From contig JANOEP010000011.1 of assembly GCA_031441465.1 (NCBI GenBank), positions 1-64,000 on the forward strand: 64,000 nt of DNA. The letters run 5' to 3'. Below are positions 29,052 through 41,066 of this stretch, one piece after another (positions within the stretch are counted from its first letter, which is position 1; each line of letters begins with the position of its first letter). The notes under the pieces are model-generated. The model had not been told where the DNA came from. It did not search any database and saw only the letters and a program-made list of their open reading frames with translations. This DNA comes from a bacterium. GTDB lineage: Bacteria; Krumholzibacteriota; Krumholzibacteriia; LZORAL124-64-63. The position numbers and the translations under genes are program-made.

Positions 29052-32000
29052 TTACTTGATGAGAGCCAGGGGGCCGGTGTGCTCGTCCGTCCCCGCCCTC
29101 ACGCGGTAGAAGTACACGCCCGACCCGACGCGCCGCCCGTCGTCGTCGTCGCCCTGCCAGACCACGGTGTGCACCGCCGCGCCCAGATCGCCCTCGATCA
29201 GCGTGCGCACGAGGCGGCCGCCGGCGTCGAAGATGCGCACGCTCGCCCGCGCGGCGGCGGGCATCGCGAAGCGGATCGTCGTGCTGGGGTTGAACGGGTT
29301 CGGGAACGCGGGATCGACCCGGAAGACCGCCGGCACGCCCTGGCCGGGTCCGTCGTCGACGCCCGTGCCCAGGGTGCACCCCTGGCCGAAGGCGCCGATC
29401 TGGCCGCAGCTGCCGCTGTGGGCCGGCAGGCAGGGCGAGGTGTCGAACAGCGTGAGGTCCCCGGCGGCCAAATCGCAGAACTGCGGGTTGAGCGAGACGT
29501 TGCCGTTGGCGCCGGTGGGGTTGGTGACGCCGCCGAAGTCGCCGCCGAGGTTGCCGTGGACGTCGTTGCAGTTGAAGACGAGGCTGCCGCCCGAGGCGTA
29601 GACGCCCTGGGCCGCCGCGGCGGAGCCGCCGTTGGCCGCGATGAGGTTCCTGGTGAGCGTGGCCGAGGAGTTCGAGAAGTAGCCGCCGCCGCCGGCGCTG
29701 CCGCCGGTGTTGTCGGCGATGGTGTTGCCGGTCAGCGCGGCTCCGGACACCCCGTCGAGGTAGATGCCGCCGGCGAAGAAGACGGCCGTGTTGCCCGTCA
29801 GCACCGAGTTGGCGAGGGTCAGCGAGCCGCCGGCGAGCTTGGCCACGCCGCCGGCGATCATGCCGGCGTTGTCGCGCACTTCGAGGCTGTCGAGGTTCGC
29901 CGCGCCGCCCTCGACGCAGATGCCGCCGCCGTACAGGAAGGTGGCGGAGGGCGACGGGACGTTGGCGGCGACGAGGCCGCCGACGGCCGTCAGGGTGCCG
30001 CCGTTGACGTAGACGCCGCAGCCCTTGGACTTGGCCGTGTTGCCGGAGATCTCGGCGTGGTCCAGCACGACGGTGGTCGCGCCGGTGCTGTTGGCGGCGT
30101 AGAGGCCCCCGCCCAGGTCGGCGTTCGCGTGGCCGGACACGACGGTCCGGCGCAGGGTCAGCGTCGCGTCGGTGACGTAGACCCCGCCGCCGCGCGGCGC
30201 CGACGGGTTGTTGACGATCGACGTGTTGGCGTCGATCACGCAGTCCGTCAGCGTGGGCGCGCCGCGGTAGGCGTAGACGCCGGCGCCGTAGAGGGAGGTG
30301 TTGCCGTGCACGCGCACGTTCTCGAGCACGGCGTTGGAGTCGTACAGCAGCACGCCGCCGCCGCCGCCGATCTGGGTGCCGCTGCCGGTGGTGTTGCCCG
30401 TGACGTCGATGTTGCGCAGGTGCGCGTCGCCGCTGACGATCAGGCCGCCGCCGTAGCGCCCGGTGAAGGGGATGCTCGTGTACTGCTGGCCGCCGCCGCC
30501 GGTGCAGCGGAAGCCGTCGACGACCACGCCGGGGCCGGCGCCGTTGCTGACGCTCATCGCCGTGCTCGTGGGCAGGGCCGTGATCACGGTCGGCGTCCCG
30601 ATCGGGTCGCGCGCGAGGAAGGCGTTGTCCCAGCCGCCGAGGTAGGTCAGGTCCTTGTCCTTGATCTCGAAGGGCGCGGTCAGGACCAGGGCCGCCGCCA
30701 GGGCGATGGTGTCGCCGGCGGCGGCGCTGTTGACGGCGTCGTCGATCGAATCGAACTCCTGGGGCACCTCGTGCACGCGGTCGCCGAGCGCCTTCAGGAG
30801 GTTCACCCGTCCGGCGCCGAGCTTGCCGGCCAGGGTGGGGTTGACGACGTCGATGTCGTCGCAGGTCGCCAGCAGCAGGGCGATGATCTGTTCGCGGTCG
30901 TAGGTCGGGTGGGCCGACCACAGCAGCGCGAGGGAGCCGCAGGTGATGGGCGCGGCGAACGACGTGCCGTCGACCGTGGCGTAGGTGCTGCTGGCGGTGA
31001 CGTGGTCGTACCAGGTCGTGAAGATGCCGGCGCCGGGGGCCGACAGTTCGACCCAGGTGCCGTAGGACGAGAAGCTGGCCTTCTCGTCGCCCGGGCCCGT
31101 GGCGGCGACCGACAGGACGCCGTCGGCGGTGCCGAGGAATTGCGGGATCTCGTGGTTGTCGTTGCCGGCGGCGGCGACCAGGATCACGCCGTTGAGCTGG
31201 GCGTAGTCCACGGCCGTCTCCAGGATGCTGCTGCTGCCCCAGCTGCAGTTGATGACCCTCGCGCCCATGTCCGTCGCGTAGATGATGCCCTGGGACGCCC
31301 AGGTCATGCCGACCAGGCCGGTGCCGGTGGAGCTGAGGTAACCGGCGCGCACGGCGAGGATCTTGCAGCCGCCGGCAGTGCCGGAGATGCCGAGGCCGTT
31401 GCCGGTCAGGGGCGCCACGTTGCCGGCGCAGCCGGTGCCGTGGCCGCCGAAGTCCATGGGGTTGTTGTCCGCGGTGGAGGCGTCCTCGCCGGGCCAGACG
31501 TTGGCGGCGCCGCTCACGAAGTCCCAACCGCGGATGTCGTCGATCCTGCCGTTGTGGTCGTCGTCGGTGCCGGGGTTGCCGTAGTACTCGGTCCAGTTGG
31601 TGAACAGCGCGCCGTTGACCTTGTCGGGGTGCGGGCCGCCGAGATCGGGGTGGTGCCAGTCCACGCCCGAGTCGATCACGGCCACGATGACGTTCGAGTC
31701 GCCCTGCGCCTCTTGCCAGCCGCCGAGCCAGCGGACGTCCTTGCCGCCGTAGGAGGTGTTGCGCAGGTACCACTGGCTGGACAGGGCGGGGTCGTTGGGC
31801 ACCGCGATGTCCATGCGGTGCAGCTCGTCCTTGACCGCCTTGCGCACGCCGGGCAGGGTCGCGAAGGCGGCCAGGGCCGTGTCCAGATCGACGGACGGGT
31901 CGAACTCGGCCACCCAGTGCCGGCTCAGGTCCGGCGCACCGGACTTCCCCGCGAATCGGGCGACGGGGTACAGCGGTTCGAGGACCGAGACGCGCAGGTC

Positions 32001-32201
32001 GGTCGCCAGCGTCTGCAGGGCGGGGTCGTCGACGACAACGCCGCCGGCCGCCTTGGCGACCACGGGCCGGTAGCCGGGCTCGAGTTCCAGCACCATGCGG
32101 CCCGGAATGTAGCCGGCGAAGCTGTCCGCCAGGGCTGCGACGGGGACCAGGACGGTCGTGGCGGCCAGGGCCACCCAGACGGTCAACGCGAGTCTCTTCA
32201 T
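29052..32201 (-). CDS. Secreted S8 subtilisin-like protease with beta-helix region and FlgD-Ig tail
   Basis: VAVIDSG, HGTGCAG, AAAGN, GTSFAAP triad; GGG/N-rich beta-helix repeats; FPNPFNPSTTIRF..WQGDDDDGRRVGSGVYF. Confidence 0.9.
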   Translation of the reverse strand: MKRLALTVWVALAATTVLVPVAALADSFAGYIPGRMVLELEPGYRPVVAKAAGGVVVDDPALQTLATDLRVSVLEPLYPVARFAGKSGAPDLSRHWVAEFDPSVDLDTALAAFATLPGVRKAVKDELHRMDIAVPNDPALSSQWYLRNTSYGGKDVRWLGGWQEAQGDSNVIVAVIDSGVDWHHPDLGGPHPDKVNGALFTNWTEYYGNPGTDDDHNGRIDDIRGWDFVSGAANVWPGEDASTADNNPMDFGGHGTGCAGNVAPLTGNGLGISGTAGGCKILAVRAGYLSSTGTGLVGMTWASQGIIYATDMGARVINCSWGSSSILETAVDYAQLNGVILVAAAGNDNHEIPQFLGTADGVLSVAATGPGDEKASFSSYGTWVELSAPGAGIFTTWYDHVTASSTYATVDGTSFAAPITCGSLALLWSAHPTYDREQIIALLLATCDDIDVVNPTLAGKLGAGRVNLLKALGDRVHEVPQEFDSIDDAVNSAAAGDTIALAAALVLTAPFEIKDKDLTYLGGWDNAFLARDPIGTPTVITALPTSTAMSVSNGAGPGVVVDGFRCTGGGGQQYTSIPFTGRYGGGLIVSGDAHLRNIDVTGNTTGSGTQIGGGGGVLLYDSNAVLENVRVHGNTSLYGAGVYAYRGAPTLTDCVIDANTSIVNNPSAPRGGGVYVTDATLTLRRTVVSGHANADLGGGLYAANSTGATTVVLDHAEISGNTAKSKGCGVYVNGGTLTAVGGLVAANVPSPSATFLYGGGICVEGGAANLDSLEVRDNAGMIAGGVAKLAGGSLTLANSVLTGNTAVFFAGGIYLDGVSGAALTGNTIADNTGGSAGGGGYFSNSSATLTRNLIAANGGSAAAAQGVYASGGSLVFNCNDVHGNLGGDFGGVTNPTGANGNVSLNPQFCDLAAGDLTLFDTSPCLPAHSGSCGQIGAFGQGCTLGTGVDDGPGQGVPAVFRVDPAFPNPFNPSTTIRFAMPAAARASVRIFDAGGRLVRTLIEGDLGAAVHTVVWQGDDDDGRRVGSGVYFYRVRAGTDEHTGPLALIK

Positions 32202-32340
32202 GATGGACGCGTCCTCTCTGATGGGTCATCCTCGAGCGGGTTGCGGCAGGTGCTGGACCTGACCGCATGATGATAGTCAAATCCGGTTGATTGTTCAACA
32301 CGGGCGGCCCCGGCGCGGCCCGGCGGGAGGTCGGCGGGCG

Positions 32341-33474
32341 TTGCGCATCGCGTTCCTGGAGCCCTACGACGGCGGGTCCCACCGGGCCTTCCGCGAGGGG
32401 CTGACCGACCACTCGCGGCACGAGATCCGGTCCTGGACCCTGCCGCCGCGGTTCTGGAAGTGGCGCATGAGGGGCGCCGCGCCGTGGTTCGCCGACCGTC
32501 TGCGCGAGGACGCCCCGGCCTGCGACCTGCTGCTGGCGACCGACTACCTGAACGTTGCCGATCTGCGCGGCCTGCTGCCGCCGCCCCTGGACCGCGCGCC
32601 GCTCGTGCTCTACATGCACGAGAATCAGCTGACGTACCCGCTGTCGCCCGACGAGACCTTCGACTTCCACTTCGGCTTCACCAACATCGTGAGCTGCCTG
32701 GCGGCGGACTGCGTGGTGTTCAACTCGGAGTACCACCGCTCCCTGTTCCTGGACGCGTTGCCCGACTACCTGGCCCGCATGCCCGAGGCGGTGCCCAAGG
32801 GGATCCGCGAGCGGCTCGCGGCCCGCAGTCGCGTGTTGCCGGTCGGGATCGCGCGGTCGCCGCATCCGGCGGACGCCTTCGCCCCCTACCTCGGCGGGCG
32901 CTGCGACCCCGGCCTGGGTCCCGGCTGGCCCCGCGACGGGCGCGAGCACGTGATCCTGTGGAACCACCGCTGGGAGTTCGACAAGCGGCCCGAGATGTTC
33001 GTCCGCGCGCTGCTGCGCCTGGCGGAGCGCGGCTCGGCGTTCCGCCTGCTGCTGCTGGGCGAGCCGCGGCAGCAGGAAGCGGTCTTCGCCCCGCTGCGCG
33101 AACGTCTGGGTGAGCGTATCCTGGCTTGGGGCGAGCAGGACCGGGCGGCCTACCAGACCTGCCTGGCTAGGGCCGACATCGTGGTCAGCTGCGCGGCCCA
33201 GGAGTACTTCGGCATCGCCGTGGCCGAGGCCGTCCACGCCGGCTGCTACCCGGTCCTGCCGCGCGAGCAGGTGTACCCGTCCCTCTACGGCGCGCGTTGC
33301 CGCGGCCGTCACCTCTACGACGGGGAAGAGGGGTTGGTCGGCCTGCTGGACGCCCTGCTCACGGGCGACGGGTGCGGCCACGTCTGCTCGTTGCCGATGG
33401 ACGCCGACGCCTTCTGCTGGGAGCGCCTGGCGCCGCGTTTCGACACCCTTTTCGAGGAGATCCTCAGCAGATGA
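32341..33474 (+). CDS. DUF3524 GT-B glycosyltransferase (GTDC1/QTMAN-like)
   Basis: LEPYDGGSH, LPPRFWKWRMRG, YMHENQLTYP, VFNSEYH, WNHRWEFDK, EYFGIAVAEA; TTG start inferred. Confidence 0.85.
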   Translation: MRIAFLEPYDGGSHRAFREGLTDHSRHEIRSWTLPPRFWKWRMRGAAPWFADRLREDAPACDLLLATDYLNVADLRGLLPPPLDRAPLVLYMHENQLTYPLSPDETFDFHFGFTNIVSCLAADCVVFNSEYHRSLFLDALPDYLARMPEAVPKGIRERLAARSRVLPVGIARSPHPADAFAPYLGGRCDPGLGPGWPRDGREHVILWNHRWEFDKRPEMFVRALLRLAERGSAFRLLLLGEPRQQEAVFAPLRERLGERILAWGEQDRAAYQTCLARADIVVSCAAQEYFGIAVAEAVHAGCYPVLPREQVYPSLYGARCRGRHLYDGEEGLVGLLDALLTGDGCGHVCSLPMDADAFCWERLAPRFDTLFEEILSR

Positions 33475-34301
33475 CCGCCGCCCGCCTCTACACGAGCCTG
33501 CTGCTGGACGTCGAGGGCGTGCTCGTGCGCGACAAGAGCTGCGTGCCCGTGCCGGGCGCCCCGTCCTGGTTCGCCGGGATCGTCGCCCGCGGCACGCCCT
33601 ACTGCCTGGTGAGCAACAACACGACCCACCCGCCGGCCGTGCTGGCGGCCGCGCTCCGGGAGGCCGGCTTCGACGCCGACGAGGCGCGCCTGGTGACGGC
33701 GCTGGGACTCGGCGCGCGGCTGCTGTCGTCCTGGGGCAAGCGCCGGCTGCTGTGGCTGGGGACCGCCGACCTGGAGGGCTGGTGGCGCGACGCCGGCTTC
33801 GAGCTGGTGCGCGACGGCGCCTGCGACGCGGTGGTCCTGGGCGCGAATCCGGCCCTCACGACCGGGGATCTCGAGTCGGCCCTGCCCGCTCTGGTCGACG
33901 GGGGAGCCGAACTGGTCGCCCTGCACCGCGGTCTCTTCTACCTGGACGCCGCGGGGCGCCGGCGCTTCGGGCCGGGGTTCTACGCCGCGGCCCTGGAGCA
34001 GGCGGCGGCACACCCGGCGGTGGTGATCGGCAAACCGCAGGCGCGGATCTACCGGCGGGCCCTGGAAATCATTGGCGGCGCGCCCGGCGACGCGTTATTT
34101 ATCTCTGACGATCCCGTCGCCGACCTCGTCACCGCCAAGCGCCTGGGGATGGGGACGGCTTTCGTGCTTTCCGGGAAACACGCCGACTGCGGCGTCCTGG
34201 GCCGCCTGGACCAGGAAGACTGGCCGGACCTGATCGTCGATTCGCTGGCCGACCTGGAACCGCCCATCCCCGCCGCTCCGCAGGAGGACGCGCGTCCGTG
34301 A
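33471..34301 (+). CDS. HAD-IIA family hydrolase
   Basis: LLDVEGVL, VSNNTT, VIGKP, ISDDPVADL..AKRLGM..VLSGK. Confidence 0.82.
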   Translation: MTAARLYTSLLLDVEGVLVRDKSCVPVPGAPSWFAGIVARGTPYCLVSNNTTHPPAVLAAALREAGFDADEARLVTALGLGARLLSSWGKRRLLWLGTADLEGWWRDAGFELVRDGACDAVVLGANPALTTGDLESALPALVDGGAELVALHRGLFYLDAAGRRRFGPGFYAAALEQAAAHPAVVIGKPQARIYRRALEIIGGAPGDALFISDDPVADLVTAKRLGMGTAFVLSGKHADCGVLGRLDQEDWPDLIVDSLADLEPPIPAAPQEDARP

Positions 34302-35185
34302 ACACCCCGACCAACGACCAGGACCTCAAGCGCTTCGGGCAGCTGACGCTGACGGCCTGGGAGTTGGAGCACGCCCTGGACAACGTCGAGCCCGATCCCG
34401 AGCTGGAGACGCAGCCCCCCCGGCCGGCCCGCGCCGCGTCGATGGCCCTGCGCGCCCACGCCCGTCTGCAGGGCGAGATGGAGACGCGCCAGGGAGTGCC
34501 GAAGGAACGCCGCACCCGCATCGGCATCCAGCCGGAGGTCGACGAGAGCGTGCTGCTGGTCCACGGTTCGACCGGAACGCCGCAGGACCTCGACGGCCTG
34601 GCCCGCTTCCTCCACGGCCAGGGTTACACCGTCTACAACATGCTGTTGCCGGGCCACGGCCTCGAGGCCACGACCCTGCCGGTGGTGAAGTGGAAGGCCT
34701 GCTTGAACGAGGTGCAGCTGCGTTACCGCCTGCTCGCCCGCCACAGCCGGCTGGTCCACGTCGTGGGCTTCAGCTTCGGCGGCGCCATGGCGATCCTGCT
34801 CACGCGGCAGGAGCAGCCGGCCTCGCTGTCGCTGTTCGCCCCGGCCCTGGTGCCGCGCGTGCCGTTCGGCACGCGCCTGCTGATGATGCTGGGCCTGCAC
34901 CGCTTGCCGATGCTGCGCCGGCGGATCGGCTGGAACCTCGAGGTTTTCGAGGCGATGGAACGCGCCAAGTCCCAGATCGGCAAGCTGCGCCTGCCGATCT
35001 ACGCGGCGCACTGCCAGGACGACGTCCGCATCGACCCCGCGTCGCTGCGGCTGCTGCAGAAGCGGACGCGGCACCGCGCCTCGCGCTTCCGCCTGTTCAA
35101 GACGGGCGGCCACATGATCCTCGCGGCCCACGGCGAGACGACGCTCAACGACGCCCTGCTGCAGTTCCTCCGCGACCGGCACTGA
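34298..35185 (+). CDS. Alpha/beta hydrolase (carboxylesterase-like)
   Basis: LLVHGSTGTP, LPGHG, GFSFGG nucleophile elbow, DD and GH triad residues. Confidence 0.82.
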   Translation: MNTPTNDQDLKRFGQLTLTAWELEHALDNVEPDPELETQPPRPARAASMALRAHARLQGEMETRQGVPKERRTRIGIQPEVDESVLLVHGSTGTPQDLDGLARFLHGQGYTVYNMLLPGHGLEATTLPVVKWKACLNEVQLRYRLLARHSRLVHVVGFSFGGAMAILLTRQEQPASLSLFAPALVPRVPFGTRLLMMLGLHRLPMLRRRIGWNLEVFEAMERAKSQIGKLRLPIYAAHCQDDVRIDPASLRLLQKRTRHRASRFRLFKTGGHMILAAHGETTLNDALLQFLRDRH

Positions 35186-35272
35186 CGCCCGCCTCACCCG
35201 CGGCGGGCGCGCAGGCCGCGACCTTCCCGATTGCACATTGCACGGCGCCGGCGGTCCCGCCGCCGCCCCCTT

Positions 35273-35337
35273 CTTCCCCGGCGTTCCCCGCAATGGCGTC
35301 TGCTGCCCTGTTTCCCGGGGTTTCCCGCCGTTTCCCG
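35273..35337 (+). promoter_or_regulatory. Helically phased direct repeats upstream of the HTH gene
   Basis: GTTTCCCG at 35310, 35320 and 35330 (exact 10-bp period); related STTCCCCG at 35273 and 35283. Confidence 0.55.
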
Positions 35338-35439
35338 TGAGGGAGGGGTATGACTGCGGGCGGCACGGGAGTTGCTTGCCTGCCCGGTACACCGATGCGG
35401 GTCCCGCCCGCACCCGTCCCGAATAAGGAGCACAGCAAC

Positions 35440-35664
35440 ATGAACGACACCCGTGATCACGGCACCGCCACCATCTACATCGGCGCGGAGGAGACGTCCA
35501 ACCAGGTGCTGACCTCGGTCGAGGCCGCGGGGTACCTGAAGATGCACGTCAAGACGGTGTGCCGCCTGGCCAAGGAAGGGAAAATCCCCGCCAAGAAGGT
35601 CGGCAGCGAGTGGCGGTTCCTGCGGCGCGTGCTCGACGGCTGGCTCGCGAAGGAAATGGTCTGA
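35440..35664 (+). CDS. Small excisionase/BldC-like HTH_17 DNA-binding protein
   Basis: VLTSVEAAGYLKMHVKTVCRLAKEGKIPAKKVGSEWRF; AAGGAG SD. Confidence 0.88.
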   Translation: MNDTRDHGTATIYIGAEETSNQVLTSVEAAGYLKMHVKTVCRLAKEGKIPAKKVGSEWRFLRRVLDGWLAKEMV

Positions 35665-35665
35665 C

Positions 35666-36583
35666 ATGCCCGTTCGGTTCCAGACACTGCCGGAGCCTCG
35701 CGCCGGTGTCGCGGCCCTGCGCCTCGACGGCGCCGTCGCGCGCGGCGATCACCGGCGATTCGCGGACGCGGTCGGGGTCTGCCTAGGCGCCGGTGCGAAC
35801 GCGCTGGTGCTGGAACTGTCGGACCTCAACTCGATCAACGAGGAACTTGCGGCGGAGATCGCCCTGCTGCTGCGGCGGCTGTCCGACGCGGGCACGCCGG
35901 CGGCCGTCGTCGGCGCCAGTGTCGTGGTCGGGTGGTTCCTGCGACGCCGGCTCGGCGAGCCGCCGGTGCGCGAGTACGCGACCGTCGACGAGGCCGTCGC
36001 GGCCATCGCGGCGGGCGCGGATCCATCCCCCGCCACGGCCGCGACGGTGCGAACTCAACACTCGCTCGCGGCGTTGTCCGGATTCCTCGATGTCCTCGGC
36101 GGCAGCGACTCCTCGGCCGAGTGGATCGAAGCCCTGACCGGGCTGCTGCGTCGCCATGGGTTGGGCCAGGATGCGCACCTGTTGCGTTGTGAAGGCGACC
36201 GGCTGGTTCTGGACGGACACCTCGACGCGCTCGCGGACGCGGGCGGACGTCTGGGGCTGCTGCTCGCGGCCGCCGAGGCGCCCCTGACGCTGCACGAGTT
36301 GGGTGTCGTGGACCTGCCGAAGCGCGAGCAGACCTTCCTGCGCTGGAGCGGCGCCGATGTCGTGGTGCCCCTGAAAGCGGCCGGCAGGCTGCAGGGCGCC
36401 CTGTTCGTGCGCTCGGGCCAGGACGGCGGCCTTTTCACCTACCGACCGGGCGAGCTGTTCGGGCTGGGCCTGCTCGGTTGCCTGATCGCCGGGCGCCTCG
36501 CGCAGCTGTCGCCGGTTCCCCCCGTCGCCGAACCTGCTGATTTCGCCGAAGTTGACGCCGAAGCCGTGCTCGTCGGCGCCTGA
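35666..36583 (+). CDS. Protein with STAS-like N-terminus and GAF-like C-terminus
   Basis: LRLDGAV..LVLELSDLNSI..YATVDEAV (anti-anti-sigma-like); VVVPLKAAGRLQGALFV (GAF-like). Confidence 0.55.
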   Translation: MPVRFQTLPEPRAGVAALRLDGAVARGDHRRFADAVGVCLGAGANALVLELSDLNSINEELAAEIALLLRRLSDAGTPAAVVGASVVVGWFLRRRLGEPPVREYATVDEAVAAIAAGADPSPATAATVRTQHSLAALSGFLDVLGGSDSSAEWIEALTGLLRRHGLGQDAHLLRCEGDRLVLDGHLDALADAGGRLGLLLAAAEAPLTLHELGVVDLPKREQTFLRWSGADVVVPLKAAGRLQGALFVRSGQDGGLFTYRPGELFGLGLLGCLIAGRLAQLSPVPPVAEPADFAEVDAEAVLVGA

Positions 36584-36948
36584 AGCGACGGTCTCGTCCA
36601 TGTCGCGGGACACGACTTTCCGGGTTACACCTCCGTAAATCCTTGCCCCCCAATATGATCACGCAGCTGTCACCCTAGGGTACCACCGGGGTTGTCACTG
36701 TGTCGGCCATCGTTGACGACCCTCCGTTCGGCGTTCTGTCACCAAGGAACATGGTATCAACAGTTTGCGTCGTGGGTGGCGGACCGGGGCCTCCTGGAGG
36801 CGTCCTTGCAGGAGCCGGGCGGGGGCGGTTGAGCGGGGCTGGGAGGACTCGCGAAGCCGCACGGCCTCAACCGGCGGGAGAGAGGGCGCCTCAGCTCTCC
36901 CGCCGGTGGCCACCCCGCCGAGGCGAAGCAACCTGTGGGGGGACGCGC

Positions 36949-37359
36949 ATGACGACCAAGGAAGTGAGGGGTTGTCTCGAGGCGGCGCTGGCGGGCACGC
37001 GCCGGCGGCTGCGCAGGGCCGGCGTGAACCTGGACGACTGGGGCCTGAACGAGCGGCCGCGGGAATGGGCGCTCTGGCTCGAGTGCCGCAACGACGAGCA
37101 AGCCGGACCTGGGTGCCGCCACCGTCCCGGCGATCCGCAGCGGTGCGGGCCGCCAGTCTGGCGCGCCGCCGCCGTCTGGCCGCGGACCCCGCGCGCGGGC
37201 CGGCGGCACGCTCTGGCGGCGCTGGCGCAGGTGTTGGCGGAGGTTGCGCTGTTGAGCGGCAAGGGGGCGGCGCTGTGGCGCGAGGAAGGAGCGGGATCTA
37301 CCCGGGCTGGGCCGGCGCCGTCTCGACGCGCTCGCGCCCCTTCGAGGCGATGCGGTTGA
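36949..37359 (+). CDS. Hypothetical protein (uncertain)
   Basis: ATG after GGGGGA fills a gap, but the ORF overlaps the cdaA 3' end and has no recognisable motif. Confidence 0.25.
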   Translation: MTTKEVRGCLEAALAGTRRRLRRAGVNLDDWGLNERPREWALWLECRNDEQAGPGCRHRPGDPQRCGPPVWRAAAVWPRTPRAGRRHALAALAQVLAEVALLSGKGAALWREEGAGSTRAGPAPSRRARAPSRRCG

Positions 37360-38089
37360 GTTCGGCGGTCAGATCCTCGACCGACAGGCCTCGCCGGATC
37401 TCGCCGGCGTGGGCCAGGGAGATGGCGCGCGTCTCCTCGGAAACGACGATGACCGCCGCGTCGGACACCTCGCTCAGACCGATGGCGGCGCGGTGGCGGG
37501 TGCCCAGGACGTAGCCCAGTTCGGAGCGCTCGGTGTTCGGCAGGATGCAGGACGCGGCGACGATCTTGTCCTGGCTGATCACGACGGCCCCGTCGTGCAG
37601 GGGGCCGGGCACGGTGAAGATCGACTCGAGCAGCTCGCACGAGATGTCCGCGTTGAGCGTCGTGCCGGTCTTGGCCCAGCGTCCGAGGCTGATCTCGCGC
37701 TCCAGCACGATCAGGGCGCCGAGGCCGCGGCGCGCGAGGCGTTCCACGGCGTGGACGATCTCCTGCTGGGCGGGGATCTCTTCCGGCGCGGCGAAGAACA
37801 TGATCCCGCGGCGACGCCCCAGGTAGGTCAGGGCCGTGCGCAGCTCCGGCTGGAAGATGATGATGAAGGCCACGACCCAGACCGTCTGCAGAGAATCGAG
37901 GATCTGCTGGACGACGACCATGCCGATGCGCTCGGCGATCCAGGACAGCACCGCGAGCAGGCCGAGGCCGACGAACATCTGCGTCGCGCGCGTGCCGCGC
38001 ACCAGCAGGAGCAGGCGGTAGAGCAGGAACGCCACGATCAGGATGTCGAGGATGTCGATGATCAGGGAGTCGGCCAGGAACTTCAGCAT
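37298..38089 (-). CDS. cdaA: Diadenylate cyclase CdaA/DacA
   Basis: Three N-terminal TM helices, FQPELR, PLHDGAVVI, GTRHRAAIG, VSEET. Confidence 0.93.
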   Translation of the reverse strand: MLKFLADSLIIDILDILIVAFLLYRLLLLVRGTRATQMFVGLGLLAVLSWIAERIGMVVVQQILDSLQTVWVVAFIIIFQPELRTALTYLGRRRGIMFFAAPEEIPAQQEIVHAVERLARRGLGALIVLEREISLGRWAKTGTTLNADISCELLESIFTVPGPLHDGAVVISQDKIVAASCILPNTERSELGYVLGTRHRAAIGLSEVSDAAVIVVSEETRAISLAHAGEIRRGLSVEDLTAELNRIASKGRERVETAPAQPG

Positions 38090-38159
38090 CGGTTCATCCC
38101 GGTGTCCGGGCCCGCGAGTGTGAGGTCGGAGCGCAGCATAGCAGCCGATCGCCGCCGGC

Positions 38160-39013
38160 TCAACGCCGTTCTCCCGCGGCGGCGATCGCCGCCAGGACCT
38201 CCAGCATCTGCACCGTCTCGGCCACGTCGTGGACCCTGACCGCGGCGGCGCCGGCCGCGAACGCGATCGCCGCCGCGGCCAGGCTGCCCGGCAGGCGTTG
38301 CTCCACGGGCGCGCCGGTGATGTCCGCGATGAACGACTTGCGCGACGCGCCGATCAGCGCCGGATGCCCGCCCGTCGCCTCGCGCACCCGCGCGAGCAGG
38401 GCCAGGTTGTGGCCGAGGTCCTTGCCGAAGCCGAGGCCGGGGTCGACCAGCAGCCGCGCCGGCGCCACGCCGGCGGCCAGCGCCGCGCGGACGCGCTCCT
38501 CGAGGTGGGCCGCCACCTCGGCGACGACGTCGCCGTAGCGCGGGTCCGCCTGCATGGTCGCGGGAGTGCCCTGCATGTGCATCAGCACCAGGCCGCAGCC
38601 CGCGGCGGCCGCCAGCGGCAGCAGTCCGGGGTCGCCGCGTCCGGCGGTGATGTCGTTCAAACCGTCGGCCCCGGCGTCCAGGGCGGCCCGGGCGGTGTCG
38701 GCGCGCCAGGTGTCCACGGTCAGGGGCACCGCGACGCGGCGGCGGACGGCGGCCAGGGCGGGCAGCAGGCGGGCGCGCTCGGCGTCGCCGTCGGCGGGCG
38801 TCGAGCCGGGCCGCGAGGATTCCGCGCCGAGGTCGAGCAGGTCGGCGCCGGCGGCGACCAGGGCCTCGGCGCGCCGCGCGGCCTCTTCGGCGCCGTCGGC
38901 GCGCGAGGCCGGGAAGAACGAATCCGGGGTCAGGTTCACCACCCCCATGACCAGGGGGCGGCGGCCGTAGTCCAGCGTCGCGCGGCCGAGATCCCAGACG
39001 CGCGGCGCGGCGG

Positions 39014-39017
<4 letters not shown>
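38160..39017 (-). CDS. folP: Dihydropteroate synthase
   Basis: MGVVNLTPDSF, GAESSRPG, DPGLGFGK, GASRKSF, RVHDV. Confidence 0.95.
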
Positions 39018-41017
<2,000 letters not shown>

Positions 41018-41066
41018 GGGTCTCCATTCGCGCGAGGTGCGCCGGCGCCCGGGTGGCCGCCGGCGG

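Noticed and set aside
35440..35664. Prophage or ICE implied by the excisionase-like gene
   Set aside because: No integrase, att repeats or phage genes nearby, and composition is host-like.
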